A stretch of DNA of 44,384 bases from Rikenellaceae bacterium (GCA_044433405.1 JAWXTQ010000001.1:1-44384), one strand, 5' to 3'; shown: positions 11,352-20,992, counted from the first letter of the stretch. The notes: generated by a model not told the origin, from the sequence alone. A program made the numbers and translations.

Positions 11352-11359
11352 TATCTTTG
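11352..11359 (+). promoter_or_regulatory. candidate -7 box (TATCTTTG) for the 11381 gene
   Basis: TAnnTTTG match 22 nt upstream of ATG 11381. It overlaps the TTG start proposed by the ORF track at 11357, which argues for the shorter CDS. Confidence 0.45.
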
Positions 11360-11380
11360 TCGATATTAATATTTAAAAGT

Positions 11381-12004
11381 ATGATTGATATTCTTTTGTT
11401 ACCGAAAAATTTTACTGACGGCAAGTTAAATGCTGCTACTCTAAAAGCCGCAAACGACATTATCAAGCGTTATGGTGACGTTTCTATCTCCGTTTTGCCC
11501 AATAATGTGGATGAGATTGGTGTTACATTCTTGGATAAGGAGTGCACATTAGGCTCTATATCAAGCTTTGCACCAAACACTTACCCTGAAGTTACAGCGC
11601 TTGAAGTGGCAATGGCAATAGAGAATGGGGCTGATTTTGTTGAAATACCTTTTGACGTTGAAAAATATCACGCCAACCCCGACCAAACTCTCTCTTTTAT
11701 TAAGTTTGTTGCAGAGGAGATAGGCGATGATGCTGAGCTTTGGGTAGAGCTTGAAAGTAACAATTTTGAAGATTTTGATTCTTATAGGGCAGCAATCAGC
11801 AGCGTAGCTGAGGCTGGTGTTGACGGAGTAGTATTAAATTCTAGCGCAACGGATCTTAATAATATCGCTCACTTCAAAAAGTGTATAGTAGAGTACGGCA
11901 ACCCTTCCAATAGGCTAAAATTCAAGATATTAACAAACAACACTCCGCACATTCAAGACATTATATCTTATGCTAAACACATAATCCCTAGGATTATATT
12001 ATAA
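11381..12004 (+). CDS. DeoC-like (class I aldolase TIM-barrel-like) protein, function uncertain
   Basis: 207 aa from ATG 11381. EVAMAIENGADFVEIPF resembles the DeoC E..AI.NGADE[VI]D block. The region expected to hold the Schiff-base Lys reads GVVLNSSA. Confidence 0.55.
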   Translation: MIDILLLPKNFTDGKLNAATLKAANDIIKRYGDVSISVLPNNVDEIGVTFLDKECTLGSISSFAPNTYPEVTALEVAMAIENGADFVEIPFDVEKYHANPDQTLSFIKFVAEEIGDDAELWVELESNNFEDFDSYRAAISSVAEAGVDGVVLNSSATDLNNIAHFKKCIVEYGNPSNRLKFKILTNNTPHIQDIISYAKHIIPRIIL

Positions 12005-12074
12005 TTAATTACTAGTTAGTAGCAATTTTTCTCCGAAGTTTTTCGTTAATTATGGTAATTAATAATATTTTTAC

Positions 12075-12082
12075 TACCTTTG
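12075..12082 (+). promoter_or_regulatory. candidate -7 box (TACCTTTG) for bamD
   Basis: TAnnTTTG match upstream of ATG 12135. It lies upstream of the TTG start at 12102 proposed by the ORF track. Confidence 0.4.
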
Positions 12083-12134
12083 CCGCGATTGTGCATCGCC
12101 ATTGGGCATCCAATTTTTAGATAAGATTTTTAAT

Positions 12135-13226
12135 ATGACAAAATTAGCTAGGTTCCTCCTTTGTGGAATCGTAATTTCAGTAATGGTTTCTTGTGGTGGT
12201 TATAACCAACTCGTTAAAGGAAGAGACTACCAAGCAAAATATGAAGGTGCGATGCGTTATTACTACGAAAATAACAACAATCGCGCGATTACACTATTCA
12301 ATCAGATTGCTAGCGTATACGAAGGTAGCGACAAAGCCGACACAATTAGATTCTTTCTAGCTAAGGCAATGTATAACAACTATGAGTACGAAGAGTGCGC
12401 TGTGCTTTTTGACAATTTTAGAAAAAGTTATGGCCGTAGTCCTTTCTTAGAAGAGGCTGAATTTTTGTATGCAATGAGCCACTATAATGTTGCTCCTAAA
12501 TATGAGCTAGATCAAACGCCAACAAATACTGCTATTTCATCTCTGTCAGAGTACAAATCACGTTATCCTAGAGGGCCTAGAACTGACACTGTTAACTATA
12601 TGCTTGAGGACCTGAGACGTCGTTTGCACAATAAGTCTTTCCAACTAGGCGAGACTTACTACAATGTGACCTACTATAACTCAGCAATTACAACATTTAA
12701 CAACACTCTACGCGAGTACCCAGCACACCCTAGACGTGAAGATATTCTGTTTTTAATTGTTAAATCGCACTACCTATTTGCTCGTGGCTCTGTAGTCGAT
12801 AAACAACGCGAAAGATATATAAACACTGTTGATGCAGCGTTGAATTTCATTACTGAATACCCTAATAGCAAGTACTTTAAAGAGGTGTTGTCGATAAAAG
12901 AGAATGCCGATAAACTATCTAAAAACAGAGAGCTACTAGAGAATGCAGATAAGAGCCTACGACTTACAGAGAAGGAGATAATCAAAATTTCTAGATACGC
13001 TGAGAAAAAAAGGAAGAGAGTAGAAAAAGGGAAACTTCTTCCTGAAGAGGCTGAAAAGTTAATTTCAGACAAAAGCAAGAAGATAGAAAAGCGCGCACAA
13101 CGCAGATATGAGCGTATTAAGCGAAACTACACAATGGTAGAATCTTTCGAGGAGAAAAACCCTTCACAAGAGGAGGTAGCAGAGAGAGCGAAAGAGGAAC
13201 AGGCTCAAGGTAGAGGCAAGAAATAG
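12135..13226 (+). CDS. bamD: outer membrane protein assembly factor BamD (YfiO-like lipoprotein) with a long Lys/Glu-rich C-terminal tail
   Basis: Starts MTKLARFLLCGIVISVMVSCGG (lipobox). TPR-like helical body. The bamD-rpoZ-coaBC context is common in Bacteroidota. Confidence 0.75.
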   Translation: MTKLARFLLCGIVISVMVSCGGYNQLVKGRDYQAKYEGAMRYYYENNNNRAITLFNQIASVYEGSDKADTIRFFLAKAMYNNYEYEECAVLFDNFRKSYGRSPFLEEAEFLYAMSHYNVAPKYELDQTPTNTAISSLSEYKSRYPRGPRTDTVNYMLEDLRRRLHNKSFQLGETYYNVTYYNSAITTFNNTLREYPAHPRREDILFLIVKSHYLFARGSVVDKQRERYINTVDAALNFITEYPNSKYFKEVLSIKENADKLSKNRELLENADKSLRLTEKEIIKISRYAEKKRKRVEKGKLLPEEAEKLISDKSKKIEKRAQRRYERIKRNYTMVESFEEKNPSQEEVAERAKEEQAQGRGKK

Positions 13227-13294
13227 CATAAACTGCCTACTTTAACCATTTTGAAATAGAAATAAAGTTATAATTTTTAAGAATATACAACATT

Positions 13295-13606
13295 ATGGAG
13301 TTTAAAAAAACAACAATTCCAACTAACACAACAACCCGCACACTAAGCGATTTTGATGAGCAAACTGGCAATTTATATCAATCGGTTATTGCGATTTCTA
13401 AACGTGCAAACACTATCAGCACTGAGATTAAAGAGGAGTTAGTTAAAAAGTTGAGTGAATTTCACACAGCTAGCGATACTCTTGAAGAGACTTTCGAAAA
13501 TCGTGAGCAAATTGAAGTATCACGCTACTATGAGCGTCTACCTAAATCTACTCTAATTGCAATCGAAGAGTATCTTGATGGTGATTTTGAAATTGTTAGA
13601 AAGTAA
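13295..13606 (+). CDS. rpoZ: DNA-directed RNA polymerase omega subunit (Rpb6-like)
   Basis: 103 aa. The NLYQSVIAISKRANTIS block matches the omega N.Y.LV..A.KRA motif. Confidence 0.7.
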   Translation: MEFKKTTIPTNTTTRTLSDFDEQTGNLYQSVIAISKRANTISTEIKEELVKKLSEFHTASDTLEETFENREQIEVSRYYERLPKSTLIAIEEYLDGDFEIVRK

Positions 13607-13629
13607 GTAGCTTATTAAAAGGCAAGTTT

Positions 13630-14847
13630 ATGCTTAATGGCAAAAAAATATTGCTAGGAATAACTGGAGGTATAGCAGCTTATAAAGCTGCTATTCTTGT
13701 CAGACTACTAAAAAAAGAGGGATGCGAAGTTAAAGTTATTATGAGTGAAAATGCAAAGCAATTTATCACTCCTTTAACGCTTGCTACGCTCTCTGGAAAC
13801 CCGATTTCTGTTGAGTTTTTCAACCCTGAAAATGGAGAGTGGAATTCACACGTGAAGTTGGGATTATGGGCTGATGCCTATTTGATAGCTCCTGCAACTG
13901 CCTCAACAATGGCTAAAATGGCTAGTGGCGTTGCTGATAATCTGCTAGTGACTAGTTATTTGTCAGCAAGATGTCAATGTTTTGTTGCTCCAACCATGGA
14001 TCTTGACATGTTCTCTCACCCAACCACAACGCGTAATATCAACACCCTTAAAAATGATGGTGTTAAGATTATTGATGCCGATAGCGGCTTTTTGGCTAGT
14101 GGATTAGAGGGTAAAGGGAGAATGGCTGAACCTGAAGTTATAGTAGAGAGCCTAAGAGAGCACTTCTGCGTAGCTAAAGATTTGAGTGGTAAAAAAGCGC
14201 TTGTAACTACAGGTGGCACTATCGAGGCTATAGATTCTGTACGATTTATTAGCAACTACTCCTCTGGCAAGATGGGTTATGCAATAGCCTCTGCACTAGC
14301 AAAGCGTGGTGCTGAAGTTACGATTGTAAGAGCAGGTGTTGATGCACGATTAAAAGGCTCAATTAAGGGAGTTCACGAAATAGAGGCGATGAGTGCAAAG
14401 CAGATGTATGATACGGTAATTCCTATCTCACAGCAGAGCGACATTATAGTAATGGCTGCCGCGGTAGCCGACTATACTCCTGAGGTAACTGCAAACAAGA
14501 AGCTAAAAAAAGATGATTTTTGCGGTGAGTTATCAATCAAGCTAAAGCAAACATGCGATATAGCAGCCAAAATTGGTGAAATAAAAGGAGATGATCAACT
14601 CTTCTTGGGGTTTGCACTTGAAACCGACAATGAGATAGACAATGCCGTAAAAAAGATTAAATCAAAAAATTTAGACTATATAATCCTCAACTCGCTAAAA
14701 GACAAAGGGGCTGGATTTGGTGTTGACACCAACAAAGTCACTATAATATCAAGCGAGGGAACAGCTACCTCGATTGAACTCAAATCAAAAAAAGAGCTAG
14801 GAGTAGATATTGCTAGCTTAATAGCTAATCACCTCAATAAAGTATGA
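13630..14847 (+). CDS. coaBC: bifunctional phosphopantothenoylcysteine decarboxylase / phosphopantothenate--cysteine ligase
   Basis: 405 aa. N-terminal flavoprotein domain (GITGGIAAYK, PATASTMAKMASGVADNLL) and C-terminal CoaB domain (ISNYSSGKMG). Confidence 0.92.
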   Translation: MLNGKKILLGITGGIAAYKAAILVRLLKKEGCEVKVIMSENAKQFITPLTLATLSGNPISVEFFNPENGEWNSHVKLGLWADAYLIAPATASTMAKMASGVADNLLVTSYLSARCQCFVAPTMDLDMFSHPTTTRNINTLKNDGVKIIDADSGFLASGLEGKGRMAEPEVIVESLREHFCVAKDLSGKKALVTTGGTIEAIDSVRFISNYSSGKMGYAIASALAKRGAEVTIVRAGVDARLKGSIKGVHEIEAMSAKQMYDTVIPISQQSDIIVMAAAVADYTPEVTANKKLKKDDFCGELSIKLKQTCDIAAKIGEIKGDDQLFLGFALETDNEIDNAVKKIKSKNLDYIILNSLKDKGAGFGVDTNKVTIISSEGTATSIELKSKKELGVDIASLIANHLNKV

Positions 14848-16700
14848 TACAACTGAGCGAAATAAGTAAATGGTATGGAGATTTTCTGTTATATGAAAAT
14901 CTCTCTTTGTATATAACAGAAGGTAGTCGTATTGCGCTAGTTGCGCGAAATGGAACTGGTAAAACGACTCTCCTAAATATCATTGCAGGCGTAGAGAGCA
15001 GCGATGGTGGCGAGGTAACTTTTCGTCGCGACATAAGGGTTGGCTATTTAAGTCAATCTCCTGCATTCAATCCTGACGACAATGTAATTGATGCCATTTA
15101 TGGCTTTGTATCTCAAACAAAAGAGGTTATAGATTCATACTATAAAGCTCTTGAGAGTGGTGATGCCGACAATATCGCGACACTAACCACAAAGATGGAG
15201 GCTCTAGGAGCGTGGGATTTAGAGGTGAGAGCAAAGAGCATTCTCACTAAACTAAATATCACCAACCTTAATCAAAAGATGGGCACTCTCTCTGGGGGTG
15301 AAAGACGACGTGTTGCACTTGCAAGCGTACTAGTTGAGAACCCAGATGTGCTGATTCTTGATGAGCCCACAAACCACCTCGACTTAGAGATGTCCGCTTG
15401 GCTAGAGGAGTATCTATTAAAATGGGGCAAAACGCTATTAATGGTGACTCACGACCGCTACTTCTTAGATCGAGTATGCACTGACATCTACGAATTAGAT
15501 CAAAAACAACTCTACTCTTACAAGGGTGGTTATAGCGATTATATTAAATATAGAGCTGAGCGCATTGAGCTATTCGGCCTGCAGAGAGAAAAGGCGCAAA
15601 ATCTTTACAAGAAAGAGCTAGAGTGGATGAGGCGAATGCCTCAAGCACGTGGAACAAAAGCAAAGTATCGTAAGGATGCTTTCTATGATATCAAAGAGAA
15701 GGCTTTTGCTGGTCGCGACGATAGCAATCTAAAGATAAATATTGCCCACTCTCGCCTAGGCACAAAGATATTTGAAGCACACTCTTTATCGAAAAGTTTC
15801 GCCGACAAACAGGTGATAAAAGATTTTAGTTACACCTTCTCACGAGGTGAGAAACTAGGAATAATTGGCAAAAATGGCAGTGGCAAGAGCACACTTCTTA
15901 AGATGCTAACACTCTCACTTGAGCCCGACAGTGGCGAAGTAGAGGTGGGAAGTAGCGTAAACTTTGGCTACTACACTCAGGAGGGAATAACCTTTGATGA
16001 GAATGCAAAAGTGATAGATGTTGTTCGCGACATAGCTGAAGTTGTGACTCTTGGCGATGGCACAACCATAGGAGTCTCTCAGTTTCTAACTCAATTCCTC
16101 TTTGAACCTGCTGTGCAGCACTCATTTGTTGCAAAACTCTCAGGGGGTGAACGCCGTAGACTATATCTACTGACAATCTTGATGCGCTCACCAAACTTCT
16201 TGGTGCTTGACGAACCTACCAACGATTTAGATATAGCTACTCTTAACGTCTTAGAGCAATATTTAGAAAACTTCGGAGGGTGTTTAATTGTCGTATCGCA
16301 CGACCGCTACTTTATGGATAAGGTAGTTGATCATCTCTTAGTATTTGAGGATGATGGTTCTACTCGTCTTTTCGAAGGCAACTACACCCAGTATCGCAAC
16401 TCTGTAGAAGAGGAGGCAGATCTAGCTAAACCAATTGAGAAGGCAAAAACAGAACAAACTCCATCTCAACAAAACCGCAATAACAATCGCACCGTAAAGC
16501 TAAGCTACAAAGAGCAGCGCGAATTAGAGTCGATAGTTGCAGAGGTTGAAAACCTAGAGCAAGAGATAGCCACTATAGAGCAAAAGTTGTCACAAGGTAC
16601 GCTTGCCGAATCCGAACTGCTAGAGATGTCAACCAAATATGGCGAACTAAAAGAGCTTCTAGACGAAAAAACCATGCGCTGGCTTGAGCTAGAGGGTTAG
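14844..16700 (+). CDS. ABC-F family ATPase (two NBDs, C-terminal coiled coil; Uup-like)
   Basis: 618 aa. Two Walker A motifs (ARNGTGKTT, GKNGSGKST), two LSGGERRR signatures, no TM domain. Its start overlaps the coaBC stop (ATGA). Confidence 0.9.
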   Translation: MIQLSEISKWYGDFLLYENLSLYITEGSRIALVARNGTGKTTLLNIIAGVESSDGGEVTFRRDIRVGYLSQSPAFNPDDNVIDAIYGFVSQTKEVIDSYYKALESGDADNIATLTTKMEALGAWDLEVRAKSILTKLNITNLNQKMGTLSGGERRRVALASVLVENPDVLILDEPTNHLDLEMSAWLEEYLLKWGKTLLMVTHDRYFLDRVCTDIYELDQKQLYSYKGGYSDYIKYRAERIELFGLQREKAQNLYKKELEWMRRMPQARGTKAKYRKDAFYDIKEKAFAGRDDSNLKINIAHSRLGTKIFEAHSLSKSFADKQVIKDFSYTFSRGEKLGIIGKNGSGKSTLLKMLTLSLEPDSGEVEVGSSVNFGYYTQEGITFDENAKVIDVVRDIAEVVTLGDGTTIGVSQFLTQFLFEPAVQHSFVAKLSGGERRRLYLLTILMRSPNFLVLDEPTNDLDIATLNVLEQYLENFGGCLIVVSHDRYFMDKVVDHLLVFEDDGSTRLFEGNYTQYRNSVEEEADLAKPIEKAKTEQTPSQQNRNNNRTVKLSYKEQRELESIVAEVENLEQEIATIEQKLSQGTLAESELLEMSTKYGELKELLDEKTMRWLELEG

Positions 16701-16751
16701 AATAATACAAAATCTATATCAAGTTGATTTTTTTGTTGGTTTACACCTTTT

Positions 16752-16796
16752 AGCGGTTTTCACCGCATATGCTGCGCATATGCGGTGAAAACCGCT
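16752..16796. terminator. perfect 20-bp palindrome (REP-like), likely a bidirectional terminator between convergent genes
   Basis: AGCGGTTTTCACCGCATATG / loop CTGCG / CATATGCGGTGAAAACCGCT. Related copies occur at 42.84-43.02 kb. Confidence 0.7.
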
Positions 16797-16833
16797 AAGC
16801 AAAATCGCTAAACACTCCATCGACTTTAATTCT

Positions 16834-18465
16834 CTATTTTGGCTCTTGCCAATATATTACCCCTTGGAAATCTAAGCGCATCTTATCTATCTCAAGACGC
16901 TTTAAAAAATCGTCATAAGAGCATTGATTTTCATTAGTCCAACCAATCTCAGCTATTGCGCACAGACGTGGGAATGTTTGAATATCATTAAGCTCTTGCG
17001 TATTTGTGAATATAGTCCATAGATTGCCCTGCAAACCCATCACTAATCCCTCATTACCTTGATTAGTTAACACTTGCGGTACTGGATTGAAATTATAAAC
17101 TACATCAATTGGAACATAACCTGGCCAATGAGTTGGGTGGAGAGGACTCTTGCTTTGCCCTCTATCAAGATATAGGTATTGCTCTGGCGACATAACAATT
17201 TTTTTGCCTTGCTGGGCAGCTTTTACACCTCCATCAACTCCTCGCCACGACATAACAGCTGATTGTTCAGGAAGTCCACCTTCGAGTATCTCATCCCAAC
17301 CAATTAATTTGCGACCATATTTAGATAATATCTTCTCTGCACGTTTGATAAAGTAGCTCTGCAGCTCCTCTAGCGATTCTAATCCCTCCTCTTCCATTCT
17401 TTTCTGACACTCTGGACAATTTGCCCACTGCGACTTTGCAACCTCATCACCTCCAATATGTATATACTCCGAAGGGAACAACTCACATGTCTCACCAATG
17501 ATGTTATCTATAAACTGAAATGTCGACTCTTTTCCTGCACACATCACATCAGCACCACCAGGAGGGAAACGCTGCTCAGTGGCTGGATAGCTATAGAAGT
17601 GAGCAACCTCTACCTTTTCGACATTCGAGCAAGCCAATAAATCGGGATATGAAGCAAGTGCAGCTGACGAATGGCCAGGCATCTCTATTTCTGGAACTAC
17701 AGTAATAAAACGCTCCTTAGCATAATCAACAAGCAGGAGAATCTCCTCTTGAGTGTAATAGCCTCCATATCTATTTGTTTCACCCTCCGTTGGGTAACCA
17801 GGCTGCATTCTCCAAGCACCAATCTCTGTAAGGTTAGGATACAGAGCACTCTCCATTCGCCAACCATGGCCATCAACTAGATGCCAATGAAAGATATTCA
17901 TCTTGTAGTGTGACATTAAGTCAATCATCCTAAGAAGCTCTAAAAGGGGCTGAAAATGGCGTGACGAATCAACCATTAAACCTCTCCACTCAAAGCGGGG
18001 CGCATCACTAATCTCAACACACGGAATAGACCACTCTACACTCTCTTGTTTAGTTGTTGCATACGCCTCTACTGGCATCAATTGGCGCAATGTTTGCAAT
18101 CCCCTAAACACTCCCTCTACTGTCGAAGCCTCAATCTCTATTCTCTGCTCTGTTACCTCTATTTTATACTCCTCTTGCTCCATCCCTTTAATTAAGGATA
18201 GTTCTATTATCTGTGACTTAGAGGAAGAGGCTCTTCGTGCCACCGAAAGAGGCTTACCAAAAGGTGCTATGAACAACTCCGAGAAGTAACACGCTACTGG
18301 TTCTAGATCTTTAGGTGCGACTATTACTGCTGATGGTGAAAATGTAAAACTTCCACTATTAACCACTACACTGTTTGGTTTGGGAATAAGGTTTAACTCC
18401 TCTGCCTGTGCATTACAGATTAATAGGAGTGCCGTAATAAACATTATTAAAGATTTTGTTCTCAT
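16834..18465 (-). CDS. beta-N-acetylhexosaminidase (GH20)
   Basis: 543 aa. Signal peptide, HWHLVDGHGWR and HIGGDE catalytic-region motifs. Confidence 0.9.
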   Translation of the reverse strand: MRTKSLIMFITALLLICNAQAEELNLIPKPNSVVVNSGSFTFSPSAVIVAPKDLEPVACYFSELFIAPFGKPLSVARRASSSKSQIIELSLIKGMEQEEYKIEVTEQRIEIEASTVEGVFRGLQTLRQLMPVEAYATTKQESVEWSIPCVEISDAPRFEWRGLMVDSSRHFQPLLELLRMIDLMSHYKMNIFHWHLVDGHGWRMESALYPNLTEIGAWRMQPGYPTEGETNRYGGYYTQEEILLLVDYAKERFITVVPEIEMPGHSSAALASYPDLLACSNVEKVEVAHFYSYPATEQRFPPGGADVMCAGKESTFQFIDNIIGETCELFPSEYIHIGGDEVAKSQWANCPECQKRMEEEGLESLEELQSYFIKRAEKILSKYGRKLIGWDEILEGGLPEQSAVMSWRGVDGGVKAAQQGKKIVMSPEQYLYLDRGQSKSPLHPTHWPGYVPIDVVYNFNPVPQVLTNQGNEGLVMGLQGNLWTIFTNTQELNDIQTFPRLCAIAEIGWTNENQCSYDDFLKRLEIDKMRLDFQGVIYWQEPK

Positions 18466-18498
18466 TACTACTATTTTTTTTGATTATCTACATTAAGG

Positions 18499-20853
18499 TT
18501 ATTTCACATCGTATCGCTTTGCTGACTCATCTATGATGCAGCTATTTTGCAGCTGTGCACTTAGGCGAGCAGCATAATTTTCTATCTGTTCGCGATTGCG
18601 CTCACACATCACCAATTCGCTCTCTATATCACCTCGCGGTGTCTCTTTTAGGCGTTTCTTGCCAATCTCTATAAGCTCTATTGCACGCTCATATCGCTCC
18701 TTGTCATCTCTAATTTTATCTAAGCACGGACTTTCGCTAGGTCTGTCAAACGACACTTGAGCACTCATATTGCGATACCACGCATTTAGCGACCAGAAGT
18801 TGAGCTCTACCAACTCACCTAGCTCTTTTATCTCTTCGTTAGTCAATGGTGAACGCCCAGAAAGCACATTATCAAATGCCGATTCATACACTGGATAGTA
18901 TACCCCATTGATATCCATCCACGTGTATAGTATCTTCTTCTCGCTATCTTTTAACTTAACTCCATGGTGATTAGAGTCGATAATTTGGGTGAGTCGACTC
19001 TTATGTGAACCCCAAGAGTAGGGCTCTTGAAGTGCTGCTGGCCCACCACCAATTAGGGTTACAACCTTTTTAACATATAGATTTACATAGGCAGCATTAA
19101 AAAAAGGATTTTTATCTTTTGCTAAAACCAATTTATCCCTATCATTTTTATCAAAGTCGTGACAACTAACACAACGTTTATCTAGTATTGGTTGCACCTG
19201 CTCCATAAATGAGAAGTTTTGAGGCTCTTTATCCATCCACTCCTCCATTTTACGACTCGGCTGTTTAAGTGCTATTGGCGTTTTAGCTAGAGGTAGAGGC
19301 ACACTGAGCCTATCTTCGTGACAACCGATACATCCATTTACTTCGCCTGGCATTAAGGATACTCCACTTCGCATTGTCTGTATCATCTTCATATCCTCAT
19401 CTAGCAATTGAAAGTAGAGATGTTTGCCAGCAGGAGCTTCAAAACTTGCCGAACCATCCTCCTCTACTGGCACAACGCCCAACACTCTCTTAACCTCAAA
19501 ACTGTGCCAATTGACTCCTGGAGCTTGCTCTCCCTCGCCACCCCAGCCACCAACTGTCCAACTCTTTTTAGCAGGCGACTCTACGACCCTTAAATACTTC
19601 ACACTTCCCCTATCTACCGACTCCATGTGAGTACCTTCGTAGACATTCTGCACATAAAATTGCCCCTGCTCATCTGAATAGTTTCGCATTGATGGAATCT
19701 CAGTTGGCTTAAAACGAGGCTCAATAGGCATAGGGTCAAAGAGACTTAAACTACCCTCAAACAGCAACTCCTCAGTTCCGTCAATTCCGACAAGATAGAT
19801 ACCCATTTTTTGATCTATAATATTCCAACCTCCATCTTTAACCCATATAGATTTTGACACCAAGAAGTAACCATTACCTAGAGGATATGGATCTTCATAA
19901 AAGGCTGTTAACTCCTTAAATGAGTCTAGATTACCATTACCAACCCATGCAGCACTGCTTTTAGGCCAAATATGCACTACTGGTTCTGCTCCATCAACAC
20001 CTTTATTTCTATCAATTATAGCCATCGCACCCCAAGGTCGATCGTGACATGAGCCAAATATACACACCACCTGATCACTATCAGGTATTGCACGCGCATC
20101 AATCACACCACCTGGTGAAGCTGTATTGTTACCATAATATATGGCGTGCTTAGTTCCATCTGGATTAACACTCCATAAACCCTGTGCATCGCCAAAATTT
20201 CGATCAACATACTCCCATCTATCATACAATATACGTCCATCATTTAAAAGCGCAGAATGCCCCTCAAATAGCGTACTTACTCCAATTTGCGAAATGTTTG
20301 CACCATCTCCATCCATACGATAGAGATTGGCCATGATATGACGATTGCACATGCAATATTTGGGCTCTCTAGTAGAGCTAAAGACAATACCCCCATCGGG
20401 CAGATATAGCGGATCAATATCAGAGATTCCCTCTGCAAATGTAAGTTGGTTTAGGTTATCGCCATTAATGTCAATTTCATAAATATGATACCCATCCTTT
20501 AACTCTTTGCGCATCGAGAATATTATTTTCTCACCATCAAACGAAAGCTCTGGATCACGTATCACACCGCTCTGAGTCTCTAGAAGTGTTGTAACACTCC
20601 GCGTATCAACATCAAAGACTCTCAATGCCCCACCAGGAGCAAAGCTGTTTTGATTAATCTCTCCATACTCAAACAGGGTTGCAGTGTTGTGATGATCATT
20701 TGCATACTGCTCTCTTTCAACGAATAAGATTTTCTTACCTTTAAGAACTTCGGCACTTCGCTGCAAAATAATAGACCTAGGAGCTAACTGTCCGTGAGAC
20801 AATGCTGCCGAAAATAGCAAAATCAATGTCAATGTCAAGGTTTTTGGTATCAT
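18499..20853 (-). CDS. secreted TolB/PD40-like beta-propeller protein with two C-terminal CxxCH (heme c) motifs
   Basis: The start is moved to Met22 of the track ORF (MIPKTLTLTLILLFSAALSHGQ signal), because a TATCTTTG -7 box sits inside the longer ORF. Motifs CIGCH and CVSCH lie in the C-terminal third. Confidence 0.8.
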   Translation of the reverse strand: MIPKTLTLTLILLFSAALSHGQLAPRSIILQRSAEVLKGKKILFVEREQYANDHHNTATLFEYGEINQNSFAPGGALRVFDVDTRSVTTLLETQSGVIRDPELSFDGEKIIFSMRKELKDGYHIYEIDINGDNLNQLTFAEGISDIDPLYLPDGGIVFSSTREPKYCMCNRHIMANLYRMDGDGANISQIGVSTLFEGHSALLNDGRILYDRWEYVDRNFGDAQGLWSVNPDGTKHAIYYGNNTASPGGVIDARAIPDSDQVVCIFGSCHDRPWGAMAIIDRNKGVDGAEPVVHIWPKSSAAWVGNGNLDSFKELTAFYEDPYPLGNGYFLVSKSIWVKDGGWNIIDQKMGIYLVGIDGTEELLFEGSLSLFDPMPIEPRFKPTEIPSMRNYSDEQGQFYVQNVYEGTHMESVDRGSVKYLRVVESPAKKSWTVGGWGGEGEQAPGVNWHSFEVKRVLGVVPVEEDGSASFEAPAGKHLYFQLLDEDMKMIQTMRSGVSLMPGEVNGCIGCHEDRLSVPLPLAKTPIALKQPSRKMEEWMDKEPQNFSFMEQVQPILDKRCVSCHDFDKNDRDKLVLAKDKNPFFNAAYVNLYVKKVVTLIGGGPAALQEPYSWGSHKSRLTQIIDSNHHGVKLKDSEKKILYTWMDINGVYYPVYESAFDNVLSGRSPLTNEEIKELGELVELNFWSLNAWYRNMSAQVSFDRPSESPCLDKIRDDKERYERAIELIEIGKKRLKETPRGDIESELVMCERNREQIENYAARLSAQLQNSCIIDESAKRYDVK

Positions 20854-20875
20854 ATCTTCATAATTTTGTTGCTTA

Positions 20876-20905
20876 CAAAGATAGTTTAAAATTTTCAAAA
20901 ACAAA
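20876..20905 (-). promoter_or_regulatory. candidate promoter of the propeller/GH20 operon (-7 TATCTTTG at 20883..20876; TTTG near 20905..20902)
   Basis: TAnnTTTG lies 22 nt upstream of ATG 20853, with a TTTG about 18 nt further upstream. Confidence 0.5.
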
Positions 20906-20956
20906 ACCTTTGACAAAGTATCTAAGAATTAACGCTGCCTAGCAACAAAACTATTT

Positions 20957-20988
20957 TTTGTTTTTCTTAAAATAAATTCGTAAGTTTG
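20957..20988 (+). promoter_or_regulatory. Bacteroidetes-type promoter (-33 TTTG 20957-20960; -7 TAAGTTTG 20981-20988) driving the structured element below
   Basis: Both boxes are present with 20-nt spacing. The predicted start falls at about 20993-20996, the first bases of the closing helix. Confidence 0.6.
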
Positions 20989-20992
20989 TAGT

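Noticed and set aside
20854-20916. N-terminal extensions proposed by the ORF track (18499..20916, 30583..31095, 33932..34390, 11357.., 12102.., 43385..)
   Set aside because: The longer starts (several of them TTG/GTG) overlap TAnnTTTG promoter boxes or a neighbouring ORF. Internal ATGs give clean signal peptides or tight gene spacing, so the shorter models were preferred.
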